Below, piece after piece: positions 20,211 through 30,709 of a stretch of DNA of 63,263 nt. The stretch lies in the NCBI GenBank assembly GCA_964513275.1, contig CAZELN010000001.1, positions 406 through 63,668 on the forward strand, written 5' to 3'. The notes beneath the pieces were generated by a model, which worked only from the letters and a program-made list of their open reading frames with translations, made no database searches and had not been told where the DNA came from. The stretch comes from an uncultured Gammaproteobacteria bacterium (GTDB lineage Bacteria > Patescibacteriota > Patescibacteriia > UBA9934 > GWF2-40-263). The stretch's first letter is position 1. The number at the start of each line of letters is the position of its first letter. The translations under genes and the position numbers were made by a program.

Positions 20211-20798
20211 ATGAGCATCGATGCAAAAACCGTTGCCGAACTTCGCTCCATGACCGGAGCCGGCATGATGGACGCCAAGAAGGCCCTTGAGGAAATGGGT
20301 GGGGATTTAGAGAAAGCAGGCCAGTATTTGCGGGAGAAAGGAATCGTCAAGGCGGCGAAGAAAGCCGACCGTGAAACGAAGGAAGGGCGGGTTCACGCCT
20401 ACATTCATTCAAATGGAAAACTTGGTGCCATGGTGGAAGTGCTGTGTGAGACGGACTTCGTCGCGCGCAACGAAGCGTTCATTGAATTCTGTCATGACCT
20501 CGCTCTGCATGTGAGTGCGTTGGATCCGCTGTACCTTACTCGAGCGGACGTGCCACTTGAGATGGTCGAGAAGGAACGCGCGATCTACACCACCGAGATG
20601 GAAGGGGCAGGGAAGTCCGCGGACGTGATCGCCAAGATCGTCGACGGCAAACTCAACAAGTGGTACTCCGAAGTCGTGTTGATGGAACAACCGTTTATCA
20701 AGGATGAGGATCAGACGATCGAGGAATTCGTGAAGAGCAAGATCGCGAGCCTTGGAGAGAACATGCAGCTGCGCCGATTTGCGAGATTCAGTATTTAA
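20211..20798 (+). CDS. tsf: elongation factor Ts (short form)
   Basis: VAELRSMTGAGMMDAKKALEE...GRVHAYIHSNGKLGAMVEVLCETDFVARN. Confidence 0.93.
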   Translation: MSIDAKTVAELRSMTGAGMMDAKKALEEMGGDLEKAGQYLREKGIVKAAKKADRETKEGRVHAYIHSNGKLGAMVEVLCETDFVARNEAFIEFCHDLALHVSALDPLYLTRADVPLEMVEKERAIYTTEMEGAGKSADVIAKIVDGKLNKWYSEVVLMEQPFIKDEDQTIEEFVKSKIASLGENMQLRRFARFSI

Positions 20799-20804
20799 GA
20801 CAAA

Positions 20805-20828
20805 ACAGGGCACAGGCCCTGTTTTTTG
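20805..20828 (+). terminator. intrinsic terminator after tsf
   Basis: CAGGGC-acag-GCCCTG followed by TTTTTT. Confidence 0.75.
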
Positions 20829-20876
20829 TTTCAGCACAAAAGTGATAAAATCGTCGCATCATTTATATTCACGTCT

Positions 20877-21881
20877 ATGCTTCGAATCGCTATCAATGGT
20901 TTTGGCCGGATTGGCCGAACAACCCTGCGCGCTGCGTGTGAGCGCAAGGGGATTCAGGTCGTCGCCATCAATGACCTCACGGATCCCGCCACGCTTTCGT
21001 ATCTGTTGAAACACGACTCCGTGTTTCGTACGTGGAGCAAGTCCGTGAAGGCTGGGAAGGATTTTATTGAAGTCGACGGGATGAAGATTCCCGTCTTTGC
21101 ACAGAAGGATCCTGCACTGCTTCCGTGGAAGACACTCAAGGTTGATGTGGTGATCGAGTCGACTGGATTTTTCCGTAAAGAGGCTGACGCGCGTAAGCAC
21201 ATTGAGGCCGGAGCGAAAAAGGTGGTGATCTCAGCTCCCTCGGATGACACACCGACATTTTTGATGGGTGTGAACCACAAGTTGTGTAAGAAAACGGACG
21301 ACGTCGTCAACAACGCCTCGTGTACGACTAACTCGGCTGCGCCTGTGGCGCAAGTTCTTGAGGATGCGATCGGCGTGAAGAAGGCGATGCTTACAACGAT
21401 TCACTCAGTGACGGCAAGCGAGAATATTGTGGACGGCCTTCCCAGCAAGAAAGATGATCTGCGCATCGGGCGTTCGGCGATGGTTAACATGATCCCGACT
21501 TCAACGGGAGCGGCGAAAGCTACCACACGTGTCGTGACGAGCCTGAAAGATAAATTCGACGGGATCTCTGTACGTGTCCCTTGTTTAGACGTTTCATTGA
21601 CGGATTTTACGTTTTTAATGAAACGCAACACGAGCGTAGAAGAGATTAGTAAGATTTTTAAGGACGCGGCAAAATCGTCGCGGTGGAAGGGAATTTTGGG
21701 TGTGACCGAGGAACCGCTTGTCTCGTCGGATTTTATTGGTTCATCGTTTGGGTCCGTTGTGGACTTGGATCTCACCCGTGTTGTTGATGGCGATCTTGTG
21801 AAGGTTCTTGCTTGGTATGACAACGAATGGGGATACACACAGCGTTTGGTCGATATGGCGGTACGTGTAGGTAAGCTTTAG
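20877..21881 (+). CDS. gap: glyceraldehyde-3-phosphate dehydrogenase
   Basis: MLRIAINGFGRIGR, active site NASCTTNSAAP, WYDNEWGY. Confidence 0.96.
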   Translation: MLRIAINGFGRIGRTTLRAACERKGIQVVAINDLTDPATLSYLLKHDSVFRTWSKSVKAGKDFIEVDGMKIPVFAQKDPALLPWKTLKVDVVIESTGFFRKEADARKHIEAGAKKVVISAPSDDTPTFLMGVNHKLCKKTDDVVNNASCTTNSAAPVAQVLEDAIGVKKAMLTTIHSVTASENIVDGLPSKKDDLRIGRSAMVNMIPTSTGAAKATTRVVTSLKDKFDGISVRVPCLDVSLTDFTFLMKRNTSVEEISKIFKDAAKSSRWKGILGVTEEPLVSSDFIGSSFGSVVDLDLTRVVDGDLVKVLAWYDNEWGYTQRLVDMAVRVGKL

Positions 21882-21895
21882 ACGAAGGCTTGAAC

Positions 21896-23086
21896 ATGCG
21901 TATGAAATTCAGGAAGCTTTCAGCAACGACCAACCTTACCGGCAAGCGCGTCTTAGTTCGTATTGATGCAAATGTCCCGATCGTGAAAGGTCGCGCCGTG
22001 GACGGGCCGCATGGCCGAATTGCCCGCTCGGCCGTGGATGTGAACTGGTTGTCTCAGCGCGGAGCCAAAGTGATCGTCATGACACACCTCGGCCGCCCAA
22101 ACGGTCGACGGATTTCGGCGTATTCCGTGAAACCTGTTGCCAAGCGGCTCTCAGGGTTGTTGGGCATGCCGGTGGAGGTCGCGCGGTCAATGGCGGGGAA
22201 AGATGTTGAAAAGATTGTCGAGAAGATGGGGAATGGAGATGTCCTTATGCTGGAAAATTTGCGGTTCGACCGACGCGAGGAAGAGAACGCCCCTTCGTTC
22301 GCGGAAGCCCTTGCGAAACTTGGCGACCTGTATGTAAACGATGCATTCGCGGTTTCTCATCGGGCACATGCGTCGGTGGATGCGATTACCAGTTTCTTGC
22401 CATCGTATGCCGGGCCGCTGCTTGCGGCGGAGATTTCCGTCTTGGGAAAACTTGAAGAACACGTAAAACGGCCATTGGTGCTTGTCCTTGGTGGCCTCAA
22501 AATGTCGACCAAACTCCCGATCATCGAACGGTTCTTGCCGCAACTTGATCAACTAATGGTGGGGGGTGCGCTCGCGAATGTTTTTTTGGTGGCTCAAGGA
22601 AAGAAGGTGGGGAAATCTGTCTATGAAGAAGAGTCCATTGAGTCGGCAGCGTGGCTGTTAAAGAAGTACGCAAAAAAAATTTTGCTCCCGTCTGATGTTG
22701 TCTGTGTCCGTTCTCTCAGACGCGATGCCAAACAGGAAGTGAAGGCTGTGGACGAAATCGGTGCAAGTGATCGGATCGTGGATATTGGTCCAGTGACACG
22801 CAAACAGTTTTCTCTGGCGCTGGAGGGAAGCAAGACGATTCTGTGGAATGGGCCGTTGGGCTACTGCGAGGTGGCGGAATTTTGTTCCGGGACTCGCGAA
22901 GTGGCACGTGTCATTGCTTCCCAGACCGGGAAGGCGACGACCATTGTTGGTGGTGGAGACACGCTTCCGGTGATCGAGTCCCTCAAACTTGCCGATAAGT
23001 TTACGCTTCTTTCAACCGGTGGTGGGGCTCTGCTTGAATTTCTTTCAGGGGAGACGTTACCGGGGATTGAGGCTCTTACCCTCTAG
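21896..23086 (+). CDS. pgk: phosphoglycerate kinase
   Basis: [11 protein letters not shown]..., MTHLGRP, LENLRF, GGGDT. Confidence 0.95.
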   Translation: MRMKFRKLSATTNLTGKRVLVRIDANVPIVKGRAVDGPHGRIARSAVDVNWLSQRGAKVIVMTHLGRPNGRRISAYSVKPVAKRLSGLLGMPVEVARSMAGKDVEKIVEKMGNGDVLMLENLRFDRREEENAPSFAEALAKLGDLYVNDAFAVSHRAHASVDAITSFLPSYAGPLLAAEISVLGKLEEHVKRPLVLVLGGLKMSTKLPIIERFLPQLDQLMVGGALANVFLVAQGKKVGKSVYEEESIESAAWLLKKYAKKILLPSDVVCVRSLRRDAKQEVKAVDEIGASDRIVDIGPVTRKQFSLALEGSKTILWNGPLGYCEVAEFCSGTREVARVIASQTGKATTIVGGGDTLPVIESLKLADKFTLLSTGGGALLEFLSGETLPGIEALTL

Positions 23087-23091
23087 ACCAT

Positions 23092-24345
23092 ATGAACATC
23101 GAATCTATTCATGCGCACGAAATTCTTGACTCTCGTGGCAATCCAACATTGAACGTAACCGTTTTGTTACGAGATGGAACGTCTGGCAGCGCAAGTGTTC
23201 CCAGTGGGGCATCAACCGGGGATCACGAAGCCCTCGAGCTTCGCGATGGAGATAAAAAACGTTTCCATGGGAAAGGCGTGCTCAAGGCCGTTGCAAACGT
23301 GCACAAGAAAATCGCACCTAAGCTCATCGGCATGGACGTGACGCGTCAACGTGACATTGACGCTCTCATGATGGAACTTGATGGCACGATGAACAAATCA
23401 AAGCTCGGGGCAAACGCAATTCTTGGCATCAGTTTGGCTTGCGCGCATGCCGCAGCACGAGCAAAAAAACTTCCGCTCTACGCATATATCCGCAAGACGT
23501 TTGATCTTCCTCTGAGTGGTTGGCGTCTCCCTGTGCCTACGATGAACGTCCTCAACGGCGGGGCACATGCTGGCTGGATCCTCGACTTTCAGGAGTTCAT
23601 GATTGTGCCTTTGCAAAAGAAATTTCGTGAACGCGTGCGGTGTGGAGCAGAAGTGTTTCATGAACTCGGCGGGCTCCTCAAGAAAAAAGGATTCTCGACA
23701 CTCAAAGGTGACGAAGGTGGTTACGCAGTCGCGCTCAAAACGAATGAGGACGCGTTCAAGTTTATCATGACCGCGATCAAGGCGGCTGGCTATGTTCCCG
23801 GCAAGGACGTTGTGCTTGCCATGGATCCAGCGGTCTCCGAGATCTACAACGACAAGACCAAACGTTACGAACTCAAACGCGAAGGAAAGAGTCTTACGAG
23901 CGACGAGATGATCGCGATGTGGGAGCGGTGGGTGAAGAAGTATCCGATCGTGAGTCTTGAAGATGGACTTGATCAAGACGACTGGGACGGATGGGTGCAG
24001 CTCACAAAGCGACTTGGCAAAAATGTTGCGTTGGTTGGAGATGATCTTCTTGTGACCAACGTTGGACGTCTGGCGAAAGCCATCGAGATGAAAGCGGGAA
24101 ATGCGATCCTTATCAAGCTCAACCAAATCGGAACGCTTTCAGAATCGATCGATGCCATCATGCTCGCGAAACAATACGGATGGAAGATCAATGTGTCGCA
24201 CCGCTCTGGTGAGACTGAAGATACGACGATCGCCGACCTTGCCGTAGCGGTGAACGCCGACTTTATCAAAACCGGCTCGCTTTCACGATCAGAACGTCTC
24301 GCAAAGTATAATCGTCTTATGGAGATCGAGGAGGAGATTGGGTAG
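23092..24345 (+). CDS. eno: enolase
   Basis: ILDSRGNPT...[38 protein letters not shown]. Confidence 0.98.
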   Translation: MNIESIHAHEILDSRGNPTLNVTVLLRDGTSGSASVPSGASTGDHEALELRDGDKKRFHGKGVLKAVANVHKKIAPKLIGMDVTRQRDIDALMMELDGTMNKSKLGANAILGISLACAHAAARAKKLPLYAYIRKTFDLPLSGWRLPVPTMNVLNGGAHAGWILDFQEFMIVPLQKKFRERVRCGAEVFHELGGLLKKKGFSTLKGDEGGYAVALKTNEDAFKFIMTAIKAAGYVPGKDVVLAMDPAVSEIYNDKTKRYELKREGKSLTSDEMIAMWERWVKKYPIVSLEDGLDQDDWDGWVQLTKRLGKNVALVGDDLLVTNVGRLAKAIEMKAGNAILIKLNQIGTLSESIDAIMLAKQYGWKINVSHRSGETEDTTIADLAVAVNADFIKTGSLSRSERLAKYNRLMEIEEEIG

Positions 24346-24347
24346 AT

Positions 24348-25946
24348 ATGTTAGTCACACTTAAAAAACCAACGGTCTTAATTGTAATCGATGGCTTTGG
24401 CGTAGCACCGGATGGGGAAGGCAACGCCATCACGCGCGCTGACACTCCACAGTACGATCGCCTCATCCGCACCTATCCCACCATGACCCTGCGCGCATCC
24501 GGCGAGGAGGTCGGTTTGAGTTGGGGCGAGATGGGGAATTCAGAAGTTGGACACTTGGCGATCGGCGCGGGGCGCGTGTATTACCAAATGTTTCCGCGGA
24601 TCAACCGGGCGATGGAGGCTGGAGAGTTCGTGAGCAACCCCGCTTTTCTTCAGGCGTTTGAACATGTGAAGCAACAGGGAAGTCGGCTGCATCTTATTGG
24701 AATGGTCTCGCAGGGGCGAGTCCATTCGATGGACACACATTGTCACGCACTCCTTCACGCCGCGAAAGAAGCGGGCATCAAGGAGGTATTCGTTCAAGCG
24801 ATTCTTGATGGCCGTGACACGGTGTATAACGCGGGAATCGATTTTGTGACGACTCTCCAAGAAAAGATTCAGGAGATTGGCGTTGGGAAGATTGCCTCGC
24901 TGTGTGGACGCTACTACGCGATGGATCGAGATACTCGGTGGGATCGTATCCAGAAAGCCTACAATGCGATGGTTTTGGGAGAAGGGGCACAAGCCACGGA
25001 TCCACGGGAAGCGATCAAGGCGTCATATCAGAAGGAAGTGTATGACGAAGAATTCGAGCCTACCGTGATCGTGGACCCTTCGACAGGCTCAGGGCAGGGG
25101 ATGCCGGTTGGACTCGTGCAAAACAACGATGCCGTGATTTTTTTCAACTTCCGCCCCGACCGCATGCGAGAGCTCTGCAAAGCGTTTGTTCTCCCAAGTT
25201 TTGATGGGTTCTCGCGTAAGGCAGTTACCAATCTGTTTCCCGTTACAATGGCTGAGTATGAAAAAGGGTTGCCGGTTGAGATTGCTTTTCCACCGGAAGT
25301 GATACAGAAAACGCTTGCCCAGGTTCTTTCCGAGCATGGTTTCACTCAACTCCATATTGCCGAGACGGAGAAATATGCGCACGTGACATTCTTTTTAAAC
25401 GGAACAAAGGAGGAGCCGTTCCCCGGAGAACAGCGTGTCATTATTCCAAGTCCGAAAGTCGCGGCATACAACGAAGCGCCAGAAATGAGTGCAAGACAAA
25501 TCACCGAGCGTGTCATCAAAGAAATGCGTGAGAACAAGTTCGATTTTATCGTGATGAATTTTGCCAATCCGGACATGGTTGGACATACTGGCGATGTTAC
25601 GGCTGGGATCAAGGCGGTAGAGGTTGTTGACGAGTGTCTTGGGAAAATTGTCGATGAGACGCTGGCACGTGAAGGGCATGTATTTATTACCGCCGACCAC
25701 GGGAACGCCGAGGAGATGAAAAATTTACGAACCGGGGAGATGTATAAAGAACATGCGACCAATCCCGTTCCGTTTCTCATGATTGGACGAGAATTCGAAG
25801 GCCAGCCGTCGATCTCCGGCGAAGTGCCTGAAGGAGATTTGTCCCTCATGTCTCCTGTGGGCATGCTTGCCGATGTCGCCCCGACAATTCTCGCGGTGAT
25901 GGGGATTGAGCAGCCGCCGGAGATGACGGGACAAGCGTTGATTTAG
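24348..25946 (+). CDS. gpmI: 2,3-bisphosphoglycerate-independent phosphoglycerate mutase
   Basis: VIDGFG..., GNSEVGHLAIGAGR, ILDGRDT, ADHGNAE. Confidence 0.95.
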   Translation: MLVTLKKPTVLIVIDGFGVAPDGEGNAITRADTPQYDRLIRTYPTMTLRASGEEVGLSWGEMGNSEVGHLAIGAGRVYYQMFPRINRAMEAGEFVSNPAFLQAFEHVKQQGSRLHLIGMVSQGRVHSMDTHCHALLHAAKEAGIKEVFVQAILDGRDTVYNAGIDFVTTLQEKIQEIGVGKIASLCGRYYAMDRDTRWDRIQKAYNAMVLGEGAQATDPREAIKASYQKEVYDEEFEPTVIVDPSTGSGQGMPVGLVQNNDAVIFFNFRPDRMRELCKAFVLPSFDGFSRKAVTNLFPVTMAEYEKGLPVEIAFPPEVIQKTLAQVLSEHGFTQLHIAETEKYAHVTFFLNGTKEEPFPGEQRVIIPSPKVAAYNEAPEMSARQITERVIKEMRENKFDFIVMNFANPDMVGHTGDVTAGIKAVEVVDECLGKIVDETLAREGHVFITADHGNAEEMKNLRTGEMYKEHATNPVPFLMIGREFEGQPSISGEVPEGDLSLMSPVGMLADVAPTILAVMGIEQPPEMTGQALI

Positions 25947-25947
25947 T

Positions 25948-26655
25948 ATGCGCGAAGAGATGGTGAAGGTGCTCAAGACGCTCAAAAAACGTTGGCCGAA
26001 TCCTGGGGCGATGGAGATTGGGAATCCATATCAGAATCTCGTGGGAGTGATGTTGTCAGCGCGTACGCGCGATGAACAGGTGCTCAAGTTCGTGCCAGGA
26101 TTTTTCAAAGCGTTTCCGACTGTTGAGAAACTTGCTGGTGCGACGACGAAACACATTGAGTCGAGAATCAATACGATTGGGATGTTCCGGCAGAAGGCGA
26201 AGAACCTCAAAAAGATGGCACAGCAGGTAGTGGAGAAGTTTGGTGGGATGATTCCCTCGACGATGGACGAGCTTGTGAGTCTTGCTGGTGTTGGTCGCAA
26301 GACGGCGAGCGTGGTGCTTGTGGCGAGTTTCAACACACCAGCCATCGCCGTGGACACACATGTGCATCGTGTGACAAATCGGTTAGGATGGGTAAAGACG
26401 AAGACGCCGCAGGAAACAGAGGAGGCGTTACTCAAACTTGTACCTGACCAGTACAAGCACACCGTCAATCAAGTCTTCGTCAAACACGGTCGCTACATAT
26501 GTATCGCCAAACCCCGGTGCTGGGCCTGTCCAGTTCGCGACCTGTGTGCGTACAAGAATAAAAATCTCGTCGCTCCCAAAAACGCTCAGGCGATCCTCAA
26601 CGACATCGATCGCCGCGAGGATCTTCTGGAAGAATTTCGCCGTAAAGCCATATGA
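25948..26655 (+). CDS. nth: endonuclease III
   Basis: HhH-GPD (LAGVGRKTASVVL, VDTHVHRV) and a 4Fe-4S cluster motif (CIAKPRCWACPVRDLC). Confidence 0.9.
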   Translation: MREEMVKVLKTLKKRWPNPGAMEIGNPYQNLVGVMLSARTRDEQVLKFVPGFFKAFPTVEKLAGATTKHIESRINTIGMFRQKAKNLKKMAQQVVEKFGGMIPSTMDELVSLAGVGRKTASVVLVASFNTPAIAVDTHVHRVTNRLGWVKTKTPQETEEALLKLVPDQYKHTVNQVFVKHGRYICIAKPRCWACPVRDLCAYKNKNLVAPKNAQAILNDIDRREDLLEEFRRKAI

Positions 26656-27185
26656 ACATCGACCACAAACTTTCTCACGACCTGTTCAACCTCGCTCGGT
26701 CTCACTGGCTCGGTCGACACGTGGCGATCCTTGCAGGTACGCATATCGTTTGGTTGATGCTTGGAGTTCTGTTGGCGGCCACGGCTTGGAACAAAGAAAC
26801 GCTCGCATTTACCGTCGACCGTTTTACGCTCCTTCTTCTTGTCTTTTTATTACCAGCTTGGGGCATGACGATGTTGTTGTCCAAATTTGTGAATCGTGAA
26901 CGGCCGTTCGAAGAGTTGGACGAGAAGCCGCTTATCGCTCCGTTTGTTCGTACGGCCTCGTTTCCGAGTGCCCATGCGACGCTTGCGTTTTCGATGGCCG
27001 CGATCTGTCATTTGTTTTTCCCAAGTATGTTTCTTTACATGCTTGGGGCGGCTCTCGTGGTGGCACTTGGTCGTGTGGCTGCTGGACTCCACTTCTTTTC
27101 TGATATCATTGTTGGTGCGCTTGTGGGGTTTGGTGTAACACCTTACGCCATAGCTATTAGTATGGTGGCATTAGGCTATGACTAA
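26652..27185 (+). CDS. PAP2-family phosphatase (membrane)
   Basis: Motifs SFPSAHA and RVAAGLHFFSDIIVGALVG. Confidence 0.8.
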   Translation: MNIDHKLSHDLFNLARSHWLGRHVAILAGTHIVWLMLGVLLAATAWNKETLAFTVDRFTLLLLVFLLPAWGMTMLLSKFVNRERPFEELDEKPLIAPFVRTASFPSAHATLAFSMAAICHLFFPSMFLYMLGAALVVALGRVAAGLHFFSDIIVGALVGFGVTPYAIAISMVALGYD

Positions 27186-27684
27186 AAAAATTGTGTGTGT
27201 TTCAGGAGGCTTTGATCCGATCCATGTCGGCCATGTTCGTTTGATTCAAGAAGCCGCGGCGCTTGGGGACGAGCTGGTCGTCATCATCAACAACGATCAC
27301 TGGCTCATGAAGAAGAAAGGCTATGTCTTTATGCCGCAGGATCAGCGTCGAGAGATCATTGAGGCGCTCAACGGCGTTTCGCGCGTCGTGTTCACGGCGC
27401 ATGAGCCGGGCTTTGAGGATCGTAGTGTCTGCCGCGAGCTTCGAGAAATTCGTCCGGACATTTTCGCGCAGGGCGGCGACCGCGATCTTACGGACGCGCT
27501 CAATCCGAACTCGTCCCAAAATCCAGAGGCCAAGTTGTGCGCGGAGCTTGGAATCGAAATCGTCTACGGCGTTGGCCGAGGCGGTAAAGTACAGTCCAGT
27601 TCCTGGTTGACCGCGGAAGATCGGGATACACGCGACTGTTTCTGTGGTTCGGGATCTAAGTATCGTGAATGTCATGGGAAGTAA
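27178..27684 (+). CDS. cytidylyl/adenylyltransferase-family protein with C-terminal SEC-C motif
   Basis: VSGGFDPIHVGHVRLIQEAA (the HxGH nucleotidyltransferase motif). C-terminal CFCGSGSKYRECHGK. Confidence 0.75.
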   Translation: MTKKIVCVSGGFDPIHVGHVRLIQEAAALGDELVVIINNDHWLMKKKGYVFMPQDQRREIIEALNGVSRVVFTAHEPGFEDRSVCRELREIRPDIFAQGGDRDLTDALNPNSSQNPEAKLCAELGIEIVYGVGRGGKVQSSSWLTAEDRDTRDCFCGSGSKYRECHGK

Positions 27685-27685
27685 T

Positions 27686-28708
27686 ATGCTTCGACTCATT
27701 GGAATTCTTTTTGGGATTGCGATGCTCGTGGGAATCGTGATGTCAGGATCGTATCTTTTCGACGCGTATTTCATTTCACCTGATGAGGATGTCCAAGCCG
27801 TGGAAGTCACCATCGAAGAAGGAACTTCCGTTGAAGCGATTGCGACGCAGCTTGAAGACCAGGGGATCATCACAAGCAAATTCTTTTTTAAAGTCTATAC
27901 AAAACTTTCTGATGCGGTTCTTCAGGCTGGGACGTTTGAGTTGAAGCCTGAGATGAGTTTGCGATCCATCGTGCAAGAGCTCGGATATGCGGCTGCACAA
28001 GAAGTGCAAGTGACGATTCCGGAAGGGTATACGGTCGAGCAAATCGGTGAGGTGGTTGTAGAGGCACTGCCCGAGATTGCGTTAGCGGATTGGGAGTCGG
28101 TCGTGAGTGGATACGACCTTCGTCAGGTTGCTGGGATTGAAATTCTCAACGGGATTCCGACCGATCAAGGACTCGAGGGCTACTTGTTCCCAGATACGTA
28201 TCGTTTTCGCGCGGATGCAAACGCGGCGACGGTCGTCGAAACGATGTTACTCACATTGAGTCGACGGCTCGCAGAGAACGATATTTCCATCCCTCGGAAT
28301 TTGATATTTGAAGGAGGTCTTTCGTTTCATGAAATGCTTACGTTGGCTTCGATCGTTGAACGAGAGGTTCGTGATCCAGAAGATATGAAACGTGTTGCGG
28401 GCATTTTTTACACGCGCATGAAAATCGGCATGGCGCTGCAAGCGGACTCGACCGTGAATTATGTGACCGGTAAAAGCGATAGCGCTATTAGTCTCGAAGA
28501 CAGCCGCATGAGCTCGCCCTACAATACGTATCAGAATCTCGGTCTTCCGCCCGGCCCTATTTCAAATCCTGGGATGAATGCGATTCTTGCCGTTTTGGAT
28601 CCGGTCGACTCGGACTATCTATACTTCCTCACGACCCAGGACGGTGAGGTGATCTATGCTGAGTCATTTGATGAACATGTGGCAAACAAGTACCAATATT
28701 TGAAGTAG
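27686..28708 (+). CDS. mltG: endolytic murein transglycosylase MltG (YceG-like)
   Basis: N-terminal TM, EGYLFPDTY, ASIVEREV, LQADSTVNY, YNTYQNLGLPPGPISNPG. Confidence 0.9.
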   Translation: MLRLIGILFGIAMLVGIVMSGSYLFDAYFISPDEDVQAVEVTIEEGTSVEAIATQLEDQGIITSKFFFKVYTKLSDAVLQAGTFELKPEMSLRSIVQELGYAAAQEVQVTIPEGYTVEQIGEVVVEALPEIALADWESVVSGYDLRQVAGIEILNGIPTDQGLEGYLFPDTYRFRADANAATVVETMLLTLSRRLAENDISIPRNLIFEGGLSFHEMLTLASIVEREVRDPEDMKRVAGIFYTRMKIGMALQADSTVNYVTGKSDSAISLEDSRMSSPYNTYQNLGLPPGPISNPGMNAILAVLDPVDSDYLYFLTTQDGEVIYAESFDEHVANKYQYLK

Positions 28709-28712
28709 AAGA

Positions 28713-28741
28713 TTGACGCTTTGTTCTTCTTTGTGTAATTT
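28713..28741 (+). promoter_or_regulatory. candidate sigma70-type promoter
   Basis: TTGACG (28713-28718), 17-nt spacer, TAATTT (28736-28741), directly upstream of the 28751-30106 ORF. Confidence 0.45.
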
Positions 28742-28750
28742 GACCCTCCG

Positions 28751-30106
28751 GTGGATCTCTCCTTGGAGGGTCTCTTGTTGAGCGAACCATTCGAATTCCG
28801 TTGGCCTGACCCCAAGAGTCCTGTTTTCGTGACACGCGATTTGACGCTCTTGCGTTCTTCTCGTCGTCGGAAAAAAGGACAACCCAAACCAGCACCGCTG
28901 GTTCTCAAACAGATGAAGCTCATTGAGCTAATTCCACAGTGTCTCTACGAAGTGCCGGTCGGTGCTCACGAGTTTTCGGATCAGGTGCGTGAATTGCGTC
29001 CTGGACGAATTCTTTCCCGCAATCTGAAAGTCAGTGAGCGGCTCAATGGAGGATCGACCAAAGAGGAAGAGTTGCAGTGTTTTATCTCCTACGATGGCGT
29101 GTACAAAGCGCGTCGGGGAGTCGGGCATGCGGATCGTCAGTATCACGCGCGGGAGATTCCGGCGAATCGAAAACTTGCGGGTACGCTCGACGAGTTGATG
29201 CGGACTTCCTGGGAGTTGCATAAGGTTGACGAGAATGGACGCCAGGCGTTTGTGCTCATCGCGGTTACGGCCGCCAAGGATTACGGCAAGCCCATCGACG
29301 AGACCAAGCGCCGGGCGCAAGCTCGAACGCTCCAGGCTGGAACCCTCAAGGACACCATCGGCCGGTTCAATCCCGGCCGCATCCCGCTCATCTGTTTCGC
29401 CGGTGAGAACGAGATCGCCACCCGGATCCAGACGGTGCGCGGCATCGGTCGACGGATGAGTTTTCGCGAGGCGGTGCTCGAGCACTACATCGATCGTCTG
29501 CGCGAGATCGTGCTGGAAGTTTCCCGTTCCCAGCAGCATCGGCTGCGGGAAGAGTGGCTGGCTCCCACGCGTGAGCGTACGCCCAAGTTGGTGCGCCAAG
29601 AAGCAGAACGCTTTGAGGACGCCGCCCGGCGTTTGCGGGCGATCGTCTCCCGTCCGCTCTCTCGGTCGTTCAATCGCAGCGCGGATGATCTGGACGCATC
29701 AGCACAGCTTCTGCGTGAAGCCGCGAACGGACGTAACGGGGACACGATCCTCAACGCCAAGGAGCTGATCGGTCAGGTGTTTCGCGCGACCGTTCAACAA
29801 GAGTGCCACTTGCGTCTGGAGGAAGTTCTCCTCTGGCTCGGCATCCTCGAGGATCGCGGTGAGAAACTCGAGGCTTCGCGCCAGCTCATGTGGCACGAAG
29901 AACTGCGGTCTGTCCACCACAAGCTCGTCAGTGTGGAACCCGTGACCGGAAAGCGTTTGGAGCATGGCTTCAAAGGCCCGGTCCTCCAACGCGTGGTACC
30001 TCACGTGCATCTGGCCGACGCCTACCTCATGCGTGCCCTGTCCCAGGGTGGTCCCGACCTCGAGTCCATGAAGGACGAGCTCGACAAGGCCGTCGAACCG
30101 CTGTGA
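28751..30106 (+). CDS. hypothetical protein, orphan, G+C-rich, mostly helical and Arg-rich
   Basis: 451-aa ORF with clear G/C third-position bias and no motif recognised. A likelier start is TTG 28775 or 28778, 5-8 nt after GGAGG (28765-28769). Confidence 0.6.
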   Translation: MDLSLEGLLLSEPFEFRWPDPKSPVFVTRDLTLLRSSRRRKKGQPKPAPLVLKQMKLIELIPQCLYEVPVGAHEFSDQVRELRPGRILSRNLKVSERLNGGSTKEEELQCFISYDGVYKARRGVGHADRQYHAREIPANRKLAGTLDELMRTSWELHKVDENGRQAFVLIAVTAAKDYGKPIDETKRRAQARTLQAGTLKDTIGRFNPGRIPLICFAGENEIATRIQTVRGIGRRMSFREAVLEHYIDRLREIVLEVSRSQQHRLREEWLAPTRERTPKLVRQEAERFEDAARRLRAIVSRPLSRSFNRSADDLDASAQLLREAANGRNGDTILNAKELIGQVFRATVQQECHLRLEEVLLWLGILEDRGEKLEASRQLMWHEELRSVHHKLVSVEPVTGKRLEHGFKGPVLQRVVPHVHLADAYLMRALSQGGPDLESMKDELDKAVEPL

Positions 30107-30138
30107 TCGCCGCGAAACTCGCGATCTACATTCAATGC

Positions 30139-30169
30139 CCGACCCCACGCCAGGGTCGGATTTTTTTTT
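30139..30169 (+). terminator. intrinsic terminator
   Basis: CCGACCC-cacgcca-GGGTCGG followed by a run of nine T. Confidence 0.8.
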
Positions 30170-30441
30170 ACAGGTCGGGAGCGGGGCTCCCGACTGGCTT
30201 GAGGTTTCTGCACCTTGGGACACATAAGGTTCAGGTGGACAGTTAATGGTTTTGGATGAAGGGTGCCGACAAAAGTTCGTATATACGAAAAAATGTCGTC
30301 AACCAAAAAGTCCCATATCCCGACTTGACCCCAAAATGAAAAACCCGCCGGCGCTCGAGTCGAGCTGTGGCGGGCAGGCGAGCCGGTTGGCTCTTGTAGC
30401 GTGGGCTGGATGTTGGTTGACCAGGTTCGGACGCTGGTGGT

Positions 30442-30672
30442 TCATCCGCGGTCGGGGAACACTTCGTCGAGCAACTCGTGATATTGGAGAGCCAGACGCA
30501 GATGACGCCCTCGCTCGGCGAGGTCTGCGCTGATCTCGGGGCGCTTGGGGGTGTCGGGGGTGTTCTGGTCGAGGTAGACGGCAAGGGCGTGGATCTCCTC
30601 GTCAGAGAGATCTTCTCCCGCCCTGGTGCGGGCGAGCAGGCTCTGGGCTTGAGTAGAGTCGAGGACGTTCAT
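30442..30672 (-). CDS. hypothetical small acidic protein (76 aa), G+C-rich
   Basis: Good SD (AGGGAGA) 7 nt upstream, its own promoter, and a downstream hairpin plus T-run on the minus strand around 30339-30375. Confidence 0.55.
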   Translation of the reverse strand: MNVLDSTQAQSLLARTRAGEDLSDEEIHALAVYLDQNTPDTPKRPEISADLAERGRHLRLALQYHELLDEVFPDRG

Positions 30673-30709
30673 GGATTCTCCCTACTGGCCATGAATGAGC
30701 CAGGTCGAA

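Noticed and set aside
23398-24126. 242-aa minus-strand ORF
   Set aside because: It is antisense to enolase.
27202-27879. 225-aa minus-strand ORF
   Set aside because: It is antisense to the cytidylyltransferase and mltG genes.
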